From: an uncultured delta proteobacterium
GTDB lineage: Bacteria > Desulfobacterota > Zymogenia > Zymogenales > Zymogenaceae
Assembly: GCA_963735595.1 (NCBI GenBank)
Contig: CAVTLK010000001.1
Coordinates: 352,001 to 416,000, forward strand
Length of the DNA: 64,000 nucleotides
Reading direction: 5' to 3'
Shown piece after piece: positions 39,223 through 48,507 of this stretch (its first letter is position 1; every line of letters starts with the position of its first letter). Made by a program: the position numbers and the translations under genes. The notes beneath the pieces are model-generated. The model was not told the origin of the DNA. It did not search any database and saw only the letters and a program-made list of their open reading frames with translations.

Positions 39223-40163
39223 TTTTTTTTTTCGACGAGGTCCACGAGCATTTCATCGAGCCGCTGGGCGACTTCCGGCGGAACACGGAAGGTCATAAGA
39301 TATTTCATGACGGAGAGGTCCTTGGGTAGGACCTCGGTGCGACCCTCAAGGATCGCCTTTGCCTTGAGAATGCTGATCGCCTTAACCAGGAAGGTCCTGT
39401 CGGTTAATAGCGAGTTCGTTTCGTTGAGATGGAAGTTCGTTATCAAGTGTTCGAGAAGCGCGATAAGCTGCTGTTTGACCTTAGCTCCGACCTTTATATC
39501 GAGTAAATATCCTGCCGGACGCTGGAAAACGGCATCCTCAAATCCCTTTACCGTATCCTTATCAAAGACGTGCTCGGTATAGTAATCCATGACCGAGATC
39601 GCTTCTTCCCAGTTTCCCCGGTTGATAAGCCCGGACGACCTGAGCTGAATCGTGAACCGGTCAAGGTTCGCCAGGTCCAGCGGCTCGTTATAGTAGTCAT
39701 CCTGGGTCGGGTTGCTGGTGGCGATGGCCGTTAACAACGGGAGTTTTGTTCCCTTATATTCCCGTTCGTTGAGGAGCCGCAACATGATATTGAGGGCTTC
39801 ACCGGGCGCGCGGGTAATATCATCAAGGACTACCAGTTGCGCCGTAAGTATGCCGCCGGGGATGAGTTTCTGGCTGATGAGTTCACCTCCGCCGTTCCCC
39901 GACTGGGGTTCCCTGCAGATGATATAGTCACCGATCAGCTCTGAGAGTCTCGTATCCCGATGGAACTGATAGAAATAGAAATTGAGGTTTGCCGCCTTGG
40001 CGGTGAGCTCGGCCAACATCGTCTTCGCCGTTCCCGGGGCGCCCTCGATATAGACGTGCTCCCTGGCAATCAGCGCCAGCAAAAGCCCTTCCTTGATATC
40101 GTTATGGCCAATAACGTATCGGTCCAGAATTTCCTTGATCTTTACGGCCGTATTGAGCATCAC
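39219..40163 (-). CDS. MoxR/RavA-like AAA+ ATPase
   Basis: EHVYIEGAPGTAKT (Walker A), LVVLDD (Walker B variant), LN..L.LLNER, ATSN, LDRF. Confidence 0.88.
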   Translation of the reverse strand: MMLNTAVKIKEILDRYVIGHNDIKEGLLLALIAREHVYIEGAPGTAKTMLAELTAKAANLNFYFYQFHRDTRLSELIGDYIICREPQSGNGGGELISQKLIPGGILTAQLVVLDDITRAPGEALNIMLRLLNEREYKGTKLPLLTAIATSNPTQDDYYNEPLDLANLDRFTIQLRSSGLINRGNWEEAISVMDYYTEHVFDKDTVKGFEDAVFQRPAGYLLDIKVGAKVKQQLIALLEHLITNFHLNETNSLLTDRTFLVKAISILKAKAILEGRTEVLPKDLSVMKYLMTFRVPPEVAQRLDEMLVDLVEKKN

Positions 40164-40191
40164 TCAGTCCGTTTTAGGTATATGAATAAAC

Positions 40192-40220
40192 AGTATACCA
40201 AATGAGACTACGTTTATCAA
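40192..40220 (-). promoter_or_regulatory. Candidate sigma70 promoter for the AAA/VWA-dehydratase genes
   Basis: TTGATA (40220-40215), 17 nt, TGG-TATACT (40197-40192). Confidence 0.55.
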
Positions 40221-40227
40221 GTCAAAT

Positions 40228-41325
40228 CTAAAGCTCCGAACAATCCATGTTGAAGGCCTCGGCCACGGCTCGATAGGTTACCTTCTTGTTGAGTATATTG
40301 ACGCCCTTCTTGAGGGCCGGGTCCTCACTGATCGCCCTGTCCAAACCCTTATCTGCGAGGGCAAGGGCATACGACAACGTTGAATTGGTCAACGCAAAGG
40401 TCGAGGTCCGCGGCACCGCCCCCGGCATATTCGCCACCGCGTAGTGAACAACGCCGTCGACTATGTACGTAGGATCTTTATGCGTGGTGGGCTTGGTGGT
40501 TTCGGCGCATCCGCCCTGATCCACCGAGATATCGACGATGGCCGATCCCTTCTTCATCCTCTTGACCAGGTCTCTCGTTATGAGCTTTGACGCCTTCGCG
40601 CCGGGTATGAGTATCGTCCCTACCACAAGATCGGAAGATATGACTTCTTCCTCGATATTGGCCCTGTTGGACATGACCGTTACCACATGCCCGCCCATGA
40701 CGTCATGGATATATCTGAGCTTTGCCGGATTGATATCGAGGATACTTACCCTGGCCCCCATCCCCACCGCCACGAAACAGGCGTTGGAGCCGGCAATCCC
40801 CGCTCCGAGAATCGTAACTTTTGCCGGCGGTACCCCGGAAACCCCTGAAAGGAGGATCCCTTTGCCTCCGCCGATCGACTCCAGGCAGCGCGCCCCCATC
40901 TGTATGGAGAGCCTCCCGGCAACTTCGCTCATCGGGGCCAAGAGCGGCAGCGACCCATCCGGCAGCTGGATCGTCTCATACGCGATCGCCTTGACGTTTG
41001 TGGCGAGCAGTTTCTTGGTCAGATCTATGTCAGCCGCCAGGTGAAGGTACGTAAATAGTATGTGGTCTTTTATCAGGCCGAACTCGGGACCGAGCGGCTC
41101 CTTGACCTTGATGATCATCTCCGCCTGATCCCAGACGTCTTCCTTAGTGGGAAGGATCGTGGCGCCCATCGATGTGTATTCCTCATCCGACAGACCGCTA
41201 CCGATACCGGCCCCCCTTTCCACCAACACCGAATGACCGTGTCCTACCAGCGCCGATACTCCCGCCGGCGTGAGGGCAACGCGGTTCTCTTCGGCCTTGA
41301 TTTCTTTTGGAACCCCTATTTTCAT
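40228..41325 (-). CDS. ald: Alanine dehydrogenase
   Basis: IGVPKEIK..ENRVALTP, KVKEP, FTYLHLA, LPLLAPMSEVAGR, VDQGGC.ET, HYAVANMPGAVPRTST. Confidence 0.96.
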   Translation of the reverse strand: MKIGVPKEIKAEENRVALTPAGVSALVGHGHSVLVERGAGIGSGLSDEEYTSMGATILPTKEDVWDQAEMIIKVKEPLGPEFGLIKDHILFTYLHLAADIDLTKKLLATNVKAIAYETIQLPDGSLPLLAPMSEVAGRLSIQMGARCLESIGGGKGILLSGVSGVPPAKVTILGAGIAGSNACFVAVGMGARVSILDINPAKLRYIHDVMGGHVVTVMSNRANIEEEVISSDLVVGTILIPGAKASKLITRDLVKRMKKGSAIVDISVDQGGCAETTKPTTHKDPTYIVDGVVHYAVANMPGAVPRTSTFALTNSTLSYALALADKGLDRAISEDPALKKGVNILNKKVTYRAVAEAFNMDCSEL

Positions 41326-41373
41326 GGTTTTAACCTCTCTTGAAGTACTTGTTTTATATCCTGGGTATATCGC

Positions 41374-42723
41374 TTAGTCGGTTACACCCGGCCTCCGGCG
41401 GCGCGGTACGCGTGCTGCCATTCTTTTTTCGTAGGCCGACCGCAGCCGAGGGGGTACAAGAAACGTATATATCAGACAAAACACAAAGACCCCCGCCATT
41501 ATATAGAGGACGGTAATGTCCTCTACGTATATCCCCGCCAGCAGGACCAGGAAAAAGACCACGGAGATAATGGGGATAACAAGACCGCCCGGAACCCGAT
41601 AGGACCTTGTGGCCCCGCGCATCGTGAATCGGAGCCGGATAACCGAGAGGGCCATCACTGTATAGATGATCACCTCGATGGCGGCGGCCACCAGGATCAG
41701 GCGCATATATTTCCCGGTAAGGTGGCAATAGATAGATATTAAGAACGCCAGTGTAAACGCAAAAAGGATGGCGAACCACGGTGTCGCGTAGCGGTCACTG
41801 ATCCGTGAGAATATCCTCGGCAATACATTATCCCGACCCATGGCGTATATGAACCGCGAAAAATTCAAAAAACCCGCATTGTAGGAGGTCAGCGACGCAA
41901 GGCAGCTCATGAAGACAAACGAGTAGATACCGACCTTCCCGAACAATGCGTTACCGACAATAATATGGGGGATTTTTGACACCGCGAGCGTTTCCTTGGG
42001 CACTACCGCGGTCATTCCCGTAATAAAGATCACGTACGAAAGACAGAGAAGCCCGATTGCGATCATCATTCCCTTCGGAATCATGCTGCTTTCAGTGACC
42101 TCTTCGGCCAGCGGCGTTACCCACTCGAATCCGACGTAAAGAAAGACGCCGACGGCCGCCGCCTGGAAAACGTTCGTAACTCCCCCCGTGTTAAACAGCT
42201 CCGGGGCTGAGACGCCTGATGTCGAAATAGCATATATACCGACGACTATCATAAAGGTGAGCATAGTGTATGTCATGATGTCTTCAGCCAGACCGGCGAG
42301 AACGACTCCCCTCAAATTTAGCAGTGCAATGAGTCCAAGGAAAACCACGACCCACGTAAAGGGAGGAATACCGGGGAGTACCGTGGCGATGACGCCGCTG
42401 AGGATATGCGTTTCCGGGCCGACCATAGCGATGGCGCAGCCCAGGTAAAAGGCCCCGATGGCAATAGCGGCCTTTTCCCCGAAGGCCCGCTCAATAAAAA
42501 GTCGAATCCCCGCCGCCGACGGGTACATCCCGTTGAGCTCCGAAAAGCACATGGAAGCCAGGATGCACATAATACCCGCGACAAGTATCGATATCCAGGC
42601 CGACTGGCCGGCGACGAGTATCGCGACCTTTACTCCGGCAGCGTAACACGAAGTCGCCATCGCCATGCCGGCGCTCGTGGCGATCACCGTCCTGAGCGTT
42701 ACGACCTTCTTCAGACCGGTCAT
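41374..42723 (-). CDS. APC-family amino acid/amine permease, copy 2
   Basis: About 12 transmembrane segments; FSEL..MYP.AAG, YVGFE...AEEV, SRFIYAMGRD..LP, TPW. Confidence 0.9.
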   Translation of the reverse strand: MTGLKKVVTLRTVIATSAGMAMATSCYAAGVKVAILVAGQSAWISILVAGIMCILASMCFSELNGMYPSAAGIRLFIERAFGEKAAIAIGAFYLGCAIAMVGPETHILSGVIATVLPGIPPFTWVVVFLGLIALLNLRGVVLAGLAEDIMTYTMLTFMIVVGIYAISTSGVSAPELFNTGGVTNVFQAAAVGVFLYVGFEWVTPLAEEVTESSMIPKGMMIAIGLLCLSYVIFITGMTAVVPKETLAVSKIPHIIVGNALFGKVGIYSFVFMSCLASLTSYNAGFLNFSRFIYAMGRDNVLPRIFSRISDRYATPWFAILFAFTLAFLISIYCHLTGKYMRLILVAAAIEVIIYTVMALSVIRLRFTMRGATRSYRVPGGLVIPIISVVFFLVLLAGIYVEDITVLYIMAGVFVFCLIYTFLVPPRLRSAYEKRMAARVPRRRRPGVTD

Positions 42724-42843
42724 ATCCCTTACCTCGCACTGGAATCCTTTCTCACAGACAGATATCTGATCTCACGGAACGCGCCCATCCACGCGGCGTG
42801 GGTGTGCGCGTTCCGTTCCGCAGTAGTTTCAGGGCCGTCTAGC

Positions 42844-43621
42844 CTACGTCTCCTTAATCCAGGCGTCTATTGTGAGCATGAACTTACCAAGGTCCTTGCC
42901 GTATTCAGGAGAGCCTTCCTGCGCCAGGTATCCCAGGACGATAGCCTGGACGAGGTCAACCTGGTTGGTAAGGACCTTTATCGCGTTGTCGACTCCCATG
43001 AATTGCATGTCGATAAACGGGCGCCGTCGCGTATAGAGTCCCCTGCCCGCCTTTGTCTTCCCGAACTTGATCCGAAGATAGGCGTACGGGCCGTCCGGCA
43101 GGCACGTCCACTGGATGACCCTGTCGGGCATCTTTTTGGTGAATTCGTTAAACTCCTCGTAACCCGCCTTGTTCATCTGGGACAGCCCGGAGCTGAGCAT
43201 ATAGAAGAGGAGCTTTACCTTGAGGGCCTTCTTCTCCGGGTCCTTCGGGAGCTTCGTCGGCAGCAGCAACGTCAGACCCAGCAGTAGCGGGCACGACCTT
43301 CAGCAATAGGCCGATTTTCGTCAGCCCCTTGATTTTAGGGACGGCCGCTTTACCCGCGAAGAAGGCATTGAGCTGCCTGGCGCTCTTGAAGATGAAGGCG
43401 AGATCAGGATTCTCGGCACGCTCGAAAGACGTTTTGGGAATTCCATCTTCGAATTTCAACTGAGTGACGAGATCGTCGTTTCCTTTCACCTCGAACTGGA
43501 CAATCTTATTGAAACCACGGTACTTTTCGCGCGTCTTCGGGTCGTCTTCGATCAAGACTTTAACGAGCGGCACCGCGGCCCGAAGCATGATCCTTGCCAG
43601 GATATAGTCTTTGTCGGGCAT
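42844..43621 (-). CDS. Probable tandem SCP2-like (lipid-binding fold) protein, one indel near 43290
   Basis: Two segments fit the SCP2 pattern (IVQFEV...LKFEDG...PDLAFIF and VIQW...YLRIKFGK...VDLVQAI..G.L..EG); removing one C from GTGCCCG joins the frames. Confidence 0.6.
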
Positions 43622-43636
43622 AATGCCTCCTTTTGT

Positions 43637-44656
43637 TTATAGCTCGTCCTGCCAGTCTTCGTCTTCCTCGAATTCCTTCCCCATGACTTCCCGCACCGTT
43701 TCGATGATGCCGTCTGAATCAAGCTTGTAGTGGTGGTACAGGTCCTCGGGATATCCGACCGGCGAGAACTCGTCGGGTACCCCTACACGCTTAAAGGCGC
43801 ACCCCTTTCCAAGGTCCGCGATGACCTCGGCCACCGCGCTGCCGAGCCCCCCGACGATGCTGTGATCCTCGAACGTGATGATCCGTCTGGTATCCATGAC
43901 CGCCTTTTCGATCGCTTCCCGGTCAATCGGCTTGATCGTGTGCATGTTGAGCACCCGCACCGAAAGACCGTCGTTCTTCTTGAGAAAGTCGGCGGCATCG
44001 ACGGCCGCCACCAGCGGCGTGCCGCACGCGATTACGGTAACGTCCGTGCCGGGCCGCATCTCGTGCGCCTTTCCGATAGTGAAATCGAACTTGTCGTCCT
44101 TATAGACCCGGGGCTCAAAGCCGCGGCCTATCCGAATATATACCGGGCCCTTCCAATCGACGCACGCAGTAACCGCCTTGGCGGTTTCGAAACCGTCGGC
44201 CGGGGCGATAACGGTCATGTTGGCAAACGACCGGAGAATCGCCAGGTCCTCGGTACAGTGATGCGTTGTGCCGGCCTGTCCGAACGAAATACCTGAGTGG
44301 GTTGCGATTATCTTGCAGTTCAGCTTCTGGTAGCAGATATCGGTCCGCACCTGTTCACCGGCCCGCATCGCCACGAAAACCGCAAACGTAGAGATGAAGG
44401 GCATAAATCCCGCGAGCGCCAGGCCCGCCCCGATCCCGAACATATCCTGCTCGGCAATTCCAACGTTGAAAAACCGGTCCGGGTATTTTTCTCCGAATCT
44501 TCCAATTTTAGTGGACTTCGCGAGATCCGCGCTCAGCGCAACGATTTCGGGACGCTGGTCACCGAGCTGGGTCAACACATCGCCGTAGATCTCGGCTGCC
44601 GTCATCTTATCGGCATCATAGACCGTATATGTCAAGCCTCCAACTTGCTCTGCCAT
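43637..44656 (-). CDS. Split transketolase, C-terminal (pyrimidine-binding plus C-terminal domain) subunit
   Basis: SADLAKS, RFFNVGIAEQ, R..EQVR, GPVYIR, NMHTIKPID, EDHS..GGLGSAVAE. Confidence 0.92.
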   Translation of the reverse strand: MAEQVGGLTYTVYDADKMTAAEIYGDVLTQLGDQRPEIVALSADLAKSTKIGRFGEKYPDRFFNVGIAEQDMFGIGAGLALAGFMPFISTFAVFVAMRAGEQVRTDICYQKLNCKIIATHSGISFGQAGTTHHCTEDLAILRSFANMTVIAPADGFETAKAVTACVDWKGPVYIRIGRGFEPRVYKDDKFDFTIGKAHEMRPGTDVTVIACGTPLVAAVDAADFLKKNDGLSVRVLNMHTIKPIDREAIEKAVMDTRRIITFEDHSIVGGLGSAVAEVIADLGKGCAFKRVGVPDEFSPVGYPEDLYHHYKLDSDGIIETVREVMGKEFEEDEDWQDEL

Positions 44657-44666
44657 GGCTTACCTC

Positions 44667-45509
44667 CTACTTTTTGGCGTACATCTTATCGATGGACTCA
44701 AGTGCCTTTTTCGTCTTGTCCGCGTCAAGCCCGCCGTAGTGCCAGCCGGCGACATCTTCCATGAAGTCGACCCCTTTGCCCTTGACGGTATGCGCAATGA
44801 TGACACACGGGCCTTTCTTATAGGCTATTGCCTCATCAATTGCCCCGCATAGCTTTACAAAGTCGTGGCCGTCCACATCGATGACCTTCCAACCAAACGC
44901 CTCCCACTTCTTTGCCAGCGGCTCGATGCCCATGACATCCTGGCACGCACCGTCGATACAGAACTTATTGTTATCGACGAATCCGACGAGATTCGAGAGT
45001 TTGAAATGGCTGGCGCACATCGCGGCTTCCCAAATCGTTCCCTCATGCTGTTCGCCGTCTCCCATGATGCAGTAGGTTAGCCAGTCTTTCTTCTTGAGCC
45101 TGGCCCCGAGGGCAAGCCCAACCGCGATCGGCAATCCGTGACCGAGCGAACCTGTGGAGGCGTCCACCCCCTTTACTTTCAGGCTGTCCAGGTGCATGCC
45201 GAAGGGAGAGCCGGTGTGGTTGAAATCCTTAAGGAGCTCCTTATCGAAATACCCCTTGTCGGCCAGAACCGGGGCATACCCGATCCCGCCGTGCCCTTTT
45301 GAGAGCACGACCCGATCTCGATCCGCCATGTCGGGGCGCTTCGGGTCGATGTTGAGGTATTTGTAATAGAGACTCACCAGAATTTCTACCTGGGACAGGG
45401 CTCCTCCGGCATGCCCGCCGCCGGACCAGATCAGCGTCTGGATTATGTCCTTTCTGATCTGCCAGGCCTTTTCCGTTAGTTTCTTCAATTCGGTGTCGGA
45501 AAGTGCCAT
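44667..45509 (-). CDS. Split transketolase, N-terminal ThDP-binding subunit
   Basis: GH.GG.LS, DRVVLSKGH, STGSLGHGL, GDGE..EG.IWEA...DNN, DGHD, TVKGKGV. Confidence 0.93.
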   Translation of the reverse strand: MALSDTELKKLTEKAWQIRKDIIQTLIWSGGGHAGGALSQVEILVSLYYKYLNIDPKRPDMADRDRVVLSKGHGGIGYAPVLADKGYFDKELLKDFNHTGSPFGMHLDSLKVKGVDASTGSLGHGLPIAVGLALGARLKKKDWLTYCIMGDGEQHEGTIWEAAMCASHFKLSNLVGFVDNNKFCIDGACQDVMGIEPLAKKWEAFGWKVIDVDGHDFVKLCGAIDEAIAYKKGPCVIIAHTVKGKGVDFMEDVAGWHYGGLDADKTKKALESIDKMYAKK

Positions 45510-45671
45510 AATGCTACCTCCAAGAATTGTTAGTACTCTGGATTACTCGTGCTATATCTCTTTTGCGGTTCGGCTTGCCGGCCTCCCGATCGGACACCGC
45601 CGATCCAATCACGGCATACGCCCAAACAAAATCCGGGAACAATAACCGCCGGTTCATACCCGTTCGTACCC

Positions 45672-47081
45672 TCAATCGCCCTCCGGCGCCACCCCTCCTT
45701 CTCTTCTGCGACGTCTGGGCACCCGTTCGTCCGCTATCTTCTTGTATCTCGCTCGAAGCCGCGGCCATACCGTGAAGACGTAAAGCGAGTTGAGCACAAA
45801 CAGGCCGACGATGAAGAAGAGGCAAATACGCTGGTCCATCACATCCTCGGGTTTTACCGGCCCAAAGAGAATAAAGCCCGCCACAACGCTGTAGATTACG
45901 ATAACGATGATCGGTACCGCGATGCCTCCTTTTAATTTAAAACTTCTCTCCTTGTCCGGCTCCTTGTAGCGAAGGCGGATAACACACAGGGCCATCACCA
46001 CGTAGATCAGGCATTCGGTCGCGGCAATTATGAGAATCAGCGAGAGGACGAAATTAGTCATGAATCCGTATACCGTAACCGCGACGCAGTAGGCGAGGAT
46101 GACAATCATGGCGACCCAGGGGGTCGCATATTTCGGGTGGAGCTTGGCAAGAAAGCGGGGTAAAGACCAGTCACGCGCCATGGCATAGATAAATCGCGAC
46201 GAGGTCATGATGCCGGCATTGAGAGACGTCGTAGAGGCCAACAGCCCCATGATAATCATGAAGTAAAGCCCGAAATTACCTAACAGGAATTTGCCGTAGA
46301 ATACATGGGGAGCCGGGATACCATCGGGCGCGAGGACCGGGTTAAGCACCTCCCAGCCGAGGACGGACGTCATGGCGGTTGAAAAGATAGCGTAGGTAAT
46401 CCCCAGGAGGCCGAGGGCAATCATCATCCCCTTCGGAACCAGCTTTACGTCCGTCACCTCTTCCGATACGGTGATGACCCACTCGAAGGCAATGTAGGTT
46501 GATATACCGATAGCTACCGCCTGTATAAATCCGTCGAACGATCCGATGGCAAAGGGGTTGGTGATATGGAAATCGATCGTATAAAAGCCGTAGAGGGAAA
46601 CGAGGATAAGGCCGACAAACATAGTGTAGGAGAGGATATCCTGGGCCATTCCTGCTATCGTAATCCCCCTGAAGTTGAGATAGAGGAGGATCAGTATACA
46701 CGCCCCCGCCCATATAAACGGCGGGACTCCCGATACTCCCATGGATACGGCCTGGGAGAGTATATAGATCTCTGCGCCGACGATGGCAAGCTGTCCGAGG
46801 ACATACACTCCCGAAATAATAATGGCCGTTCGCTCGCCAAAGGCGCGCTCAATAAAGAGCTTGATACCCGCCGCCGTCGGGTACATTGAATTCAGCTCAC
46901 AAAAACACGACCCTGCCAAAACCGCCATGATACCGGACGTCAAGATTGCAATCCAGGCGGAATTACCCGTCAGATAGCTCGCCAGCTGAATAAACGAGAT
47001 ATATGTAACCGATGCCAGGGCCATTCCGGCCCCCGTGGAGATTACCGTTCGAAGTCCGATCGCGCGTCTGAGCTGGGTCAT
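45672..47081 (-). CDS. APC-family amino acid/amine permease, copy 1 (start set at the ATG at 47081, which has a GGAGG ribosome-binding site)
   Basis: Same motifs as copy 2: FCEL..MYP.AAG, YIAFEW...SEEV, SRFIYAMARD..LP, TPW. Confidence 0.9.
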   Translation of the reverse strand: MTQLRRAIGLRTVISTGAGMALASVTYISFIQLASYLTGNSAWIAILTSGIMAVLAGSCFCELNSMYPTAAGIKLFIERAFGERTAIIISGVYVLGQLAIVGAEIYILSQAVSMGVSGVPPFIWAGACILILLYLNFRGITIAGMAQDILSYTMFVGLILVSLYGFYTIDFHITNPFAIGSFDGFIQAVAIGISTYIAFEWVITVSEEVTDVKLVPKGMMIALGLLGITYAIFSTAMTSVLGWEVLNPVLAPDGIPAPHVFYGKFLLGNFGLYFMIIMGLLASTTSLNAGIMTSSRFIYAMARDWSLPRFLAKLHPKYATPWVAMIVILAYCVAVTVYGFMTNFVLSLILIIAATECLIYVVMALCVIRLRYKEPDKERSFKLKGGIAVPIIVIVIYSVVAGFILFGPVKPEDVMDQRICLFFIVGLFVLNSLYVFTVWPRLRARYKKIADERVPRRRRREGGVAPEGD

Positions 47082-47150
47082 GAATCGTACCTCCTGCGTT
47101 TTCTGATCACGGTGATAAATATCATTGAAGATACGTATCACACGGCTATT

Positions 47151-48506
47151 CTATGTAGCTTTTCCGGACCTTCTCCGGCGTTTCCCTGCACCCGGTACAT
47201 CGTCTCCCGGCACACTGCCGGGACCATTGTTTTCCTCCTGTTTTGTGATTTCCGCGAGCGACCGGTCGAACGCCTCCAGCACAAAATCGACCTCCTGCTC
47301 GGTAATCACAAGGGTCGGCATAATACGAATGATCCGCGGATTATTGAAGGTATAGATCGATATAACGCCGTTTTGTTTGAGCTGGTAGGCCATACGGGGG
47401 CCGATACTGTCCTCGGGAAACTCCATGCCGAGCATCAATCCCCTGCCCCGGACGTCCAGCACGAGGCTCGGGTACTTATCCTTCAGCGTGGAGAGGCCCT
47501 TTTTGAACCGATCTCCCATGCGGGCCGCGTGTCCCGGCAGGTCGTTCTTCTCAATATACTCAATCGTCGCCAATGCCACGAGGCATGCCAGCGACGTCCC
47601 TCCGAAGGAATTGATGATAATGAAGGGGTGCGTCATGAGAAATTCAGCGATTTCCTCGGTAAAAACCGCACACGACAGGGGATACAATCCGCCCGATAGC
47701 GATTTTGCCAGGACCATAATGTCGGGCGCAACCCCCGAGTATTCGGCGCAAAACATCTTACCGGTGCGGCCGAATCCGGTCTGGACCTCGTCAAAGACCA
47801 GGAGAATCTCATTTTCCGTACAGAGCTCTCTCAATTGACGCAGATACCGATCGTCGGCGGGAATGATACCCCCCTCCCCCTGGATGGGCTCCAGCAGCAC
47901 CGCCGCCGTTTCTTCGGTAATCGCCTCTTCTACCGCCCCGATATCGTTGTATCGGACGTGCCGGTAACCGGGCGTCAGCGGGGCAAAGGGCTTTTTATAC
48001 ACGTCCCGTCCGGTGGCCGGAAGGGCAAAACCGGTAACCCCGTGGTAACCGTTTTCCATGCAGATGATCTCGGTCTTATCGGTATGTCCGCGCGCGAGCT
48101 TTACGGCCACCTCAATGGCCTCTCCGCCGCCGCAGCAAAACAGCGAGTATTTCAGATCCCCGGGAGTGATCTGGGCGAGCTTTTTTGCCAGAAGCCCCCG
48201 TTCCCTCACGATCGATATCCAGCCGCCCATGTCGTAGGTATCCAGCGCCTTCTTGAGGCCTTCAACGATCTCCGTATTATGCCTGCCGACGTTGAATATC
48301 CCCGCCCCGGTGACGCAATCGATATATTTTTGCCCCGAGATATCCCAGACCGACGCGCCCTCCCGCCTCCCCTCAATAATGTCGAGGCTGGCATTTTTAA
48401 ACATCCGCAGCGCGAAGGGATTTACGTACTGCCGGTAGTTCTCCTCGGTCTCCTTTCTGATTTCATCCACGTTAGTCTGAGAGAGGATGTCGTCGATTAT
48501 TGACAT
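47151..48506 (-). CDS. Class III PLP-dependent aminotransferase, copy 2
   Basis: YIDC, GGEAIE.A.KLAR, YHG.T, EPIQGEGG, DEVQTGFGRTG, PDIM.LAKSLSGG (PLP lysine). Confidence 0.93.
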   Translation of the reverse strand: MSIIDDILSQTNVDEIRKETEENYRQYVNPFALRMFKNASLDIIEGRREGASVWDISGQKYIDCVTGAGIFNVGRHNTEIVEGLKKALDTYDMGGWISIVRERGLLAKKLAQITPGDLKYSLFCCGGGEAIEVAVKLARGHTDKTEIICMENGYHGVTGFALPATGRDVYKKPFAPLTPGYRHVRYNDIGAVEEAITEETAAVLLEPIQGEGGIIPADDRYLRQLRELCTENEILLVFDEVQTGFGRTGKMFCAEYSGVAPDIMVLAKSLSGGLYPLSCAVFTEEIAEFLMTHPFIIINSFGGTSLACLVALATIEYIEKNDLPGHAARMGDRFKKGLSTLKDKYPSLVLDVRGRGLMLGMEFPEDSIGPRMAYQLKQNGVISIYTFNNPRIIRIMPTLVITEQEVDFVLEAFDRSLAEITKQEENNGPGSVPGDDVPGAGKRRRRSGKAT

Positions 48507-48507
48507 A

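Noticed and set aside
43637..45509. Cluster as the sulfoglycolytic transketolase (SqwGH) or apiose pathway
   Set aside because: No sulfoquinovosidase, isomerase or kinase in the cluster, and SCP2 and APC genes do not fit. Kept only as an alternative.
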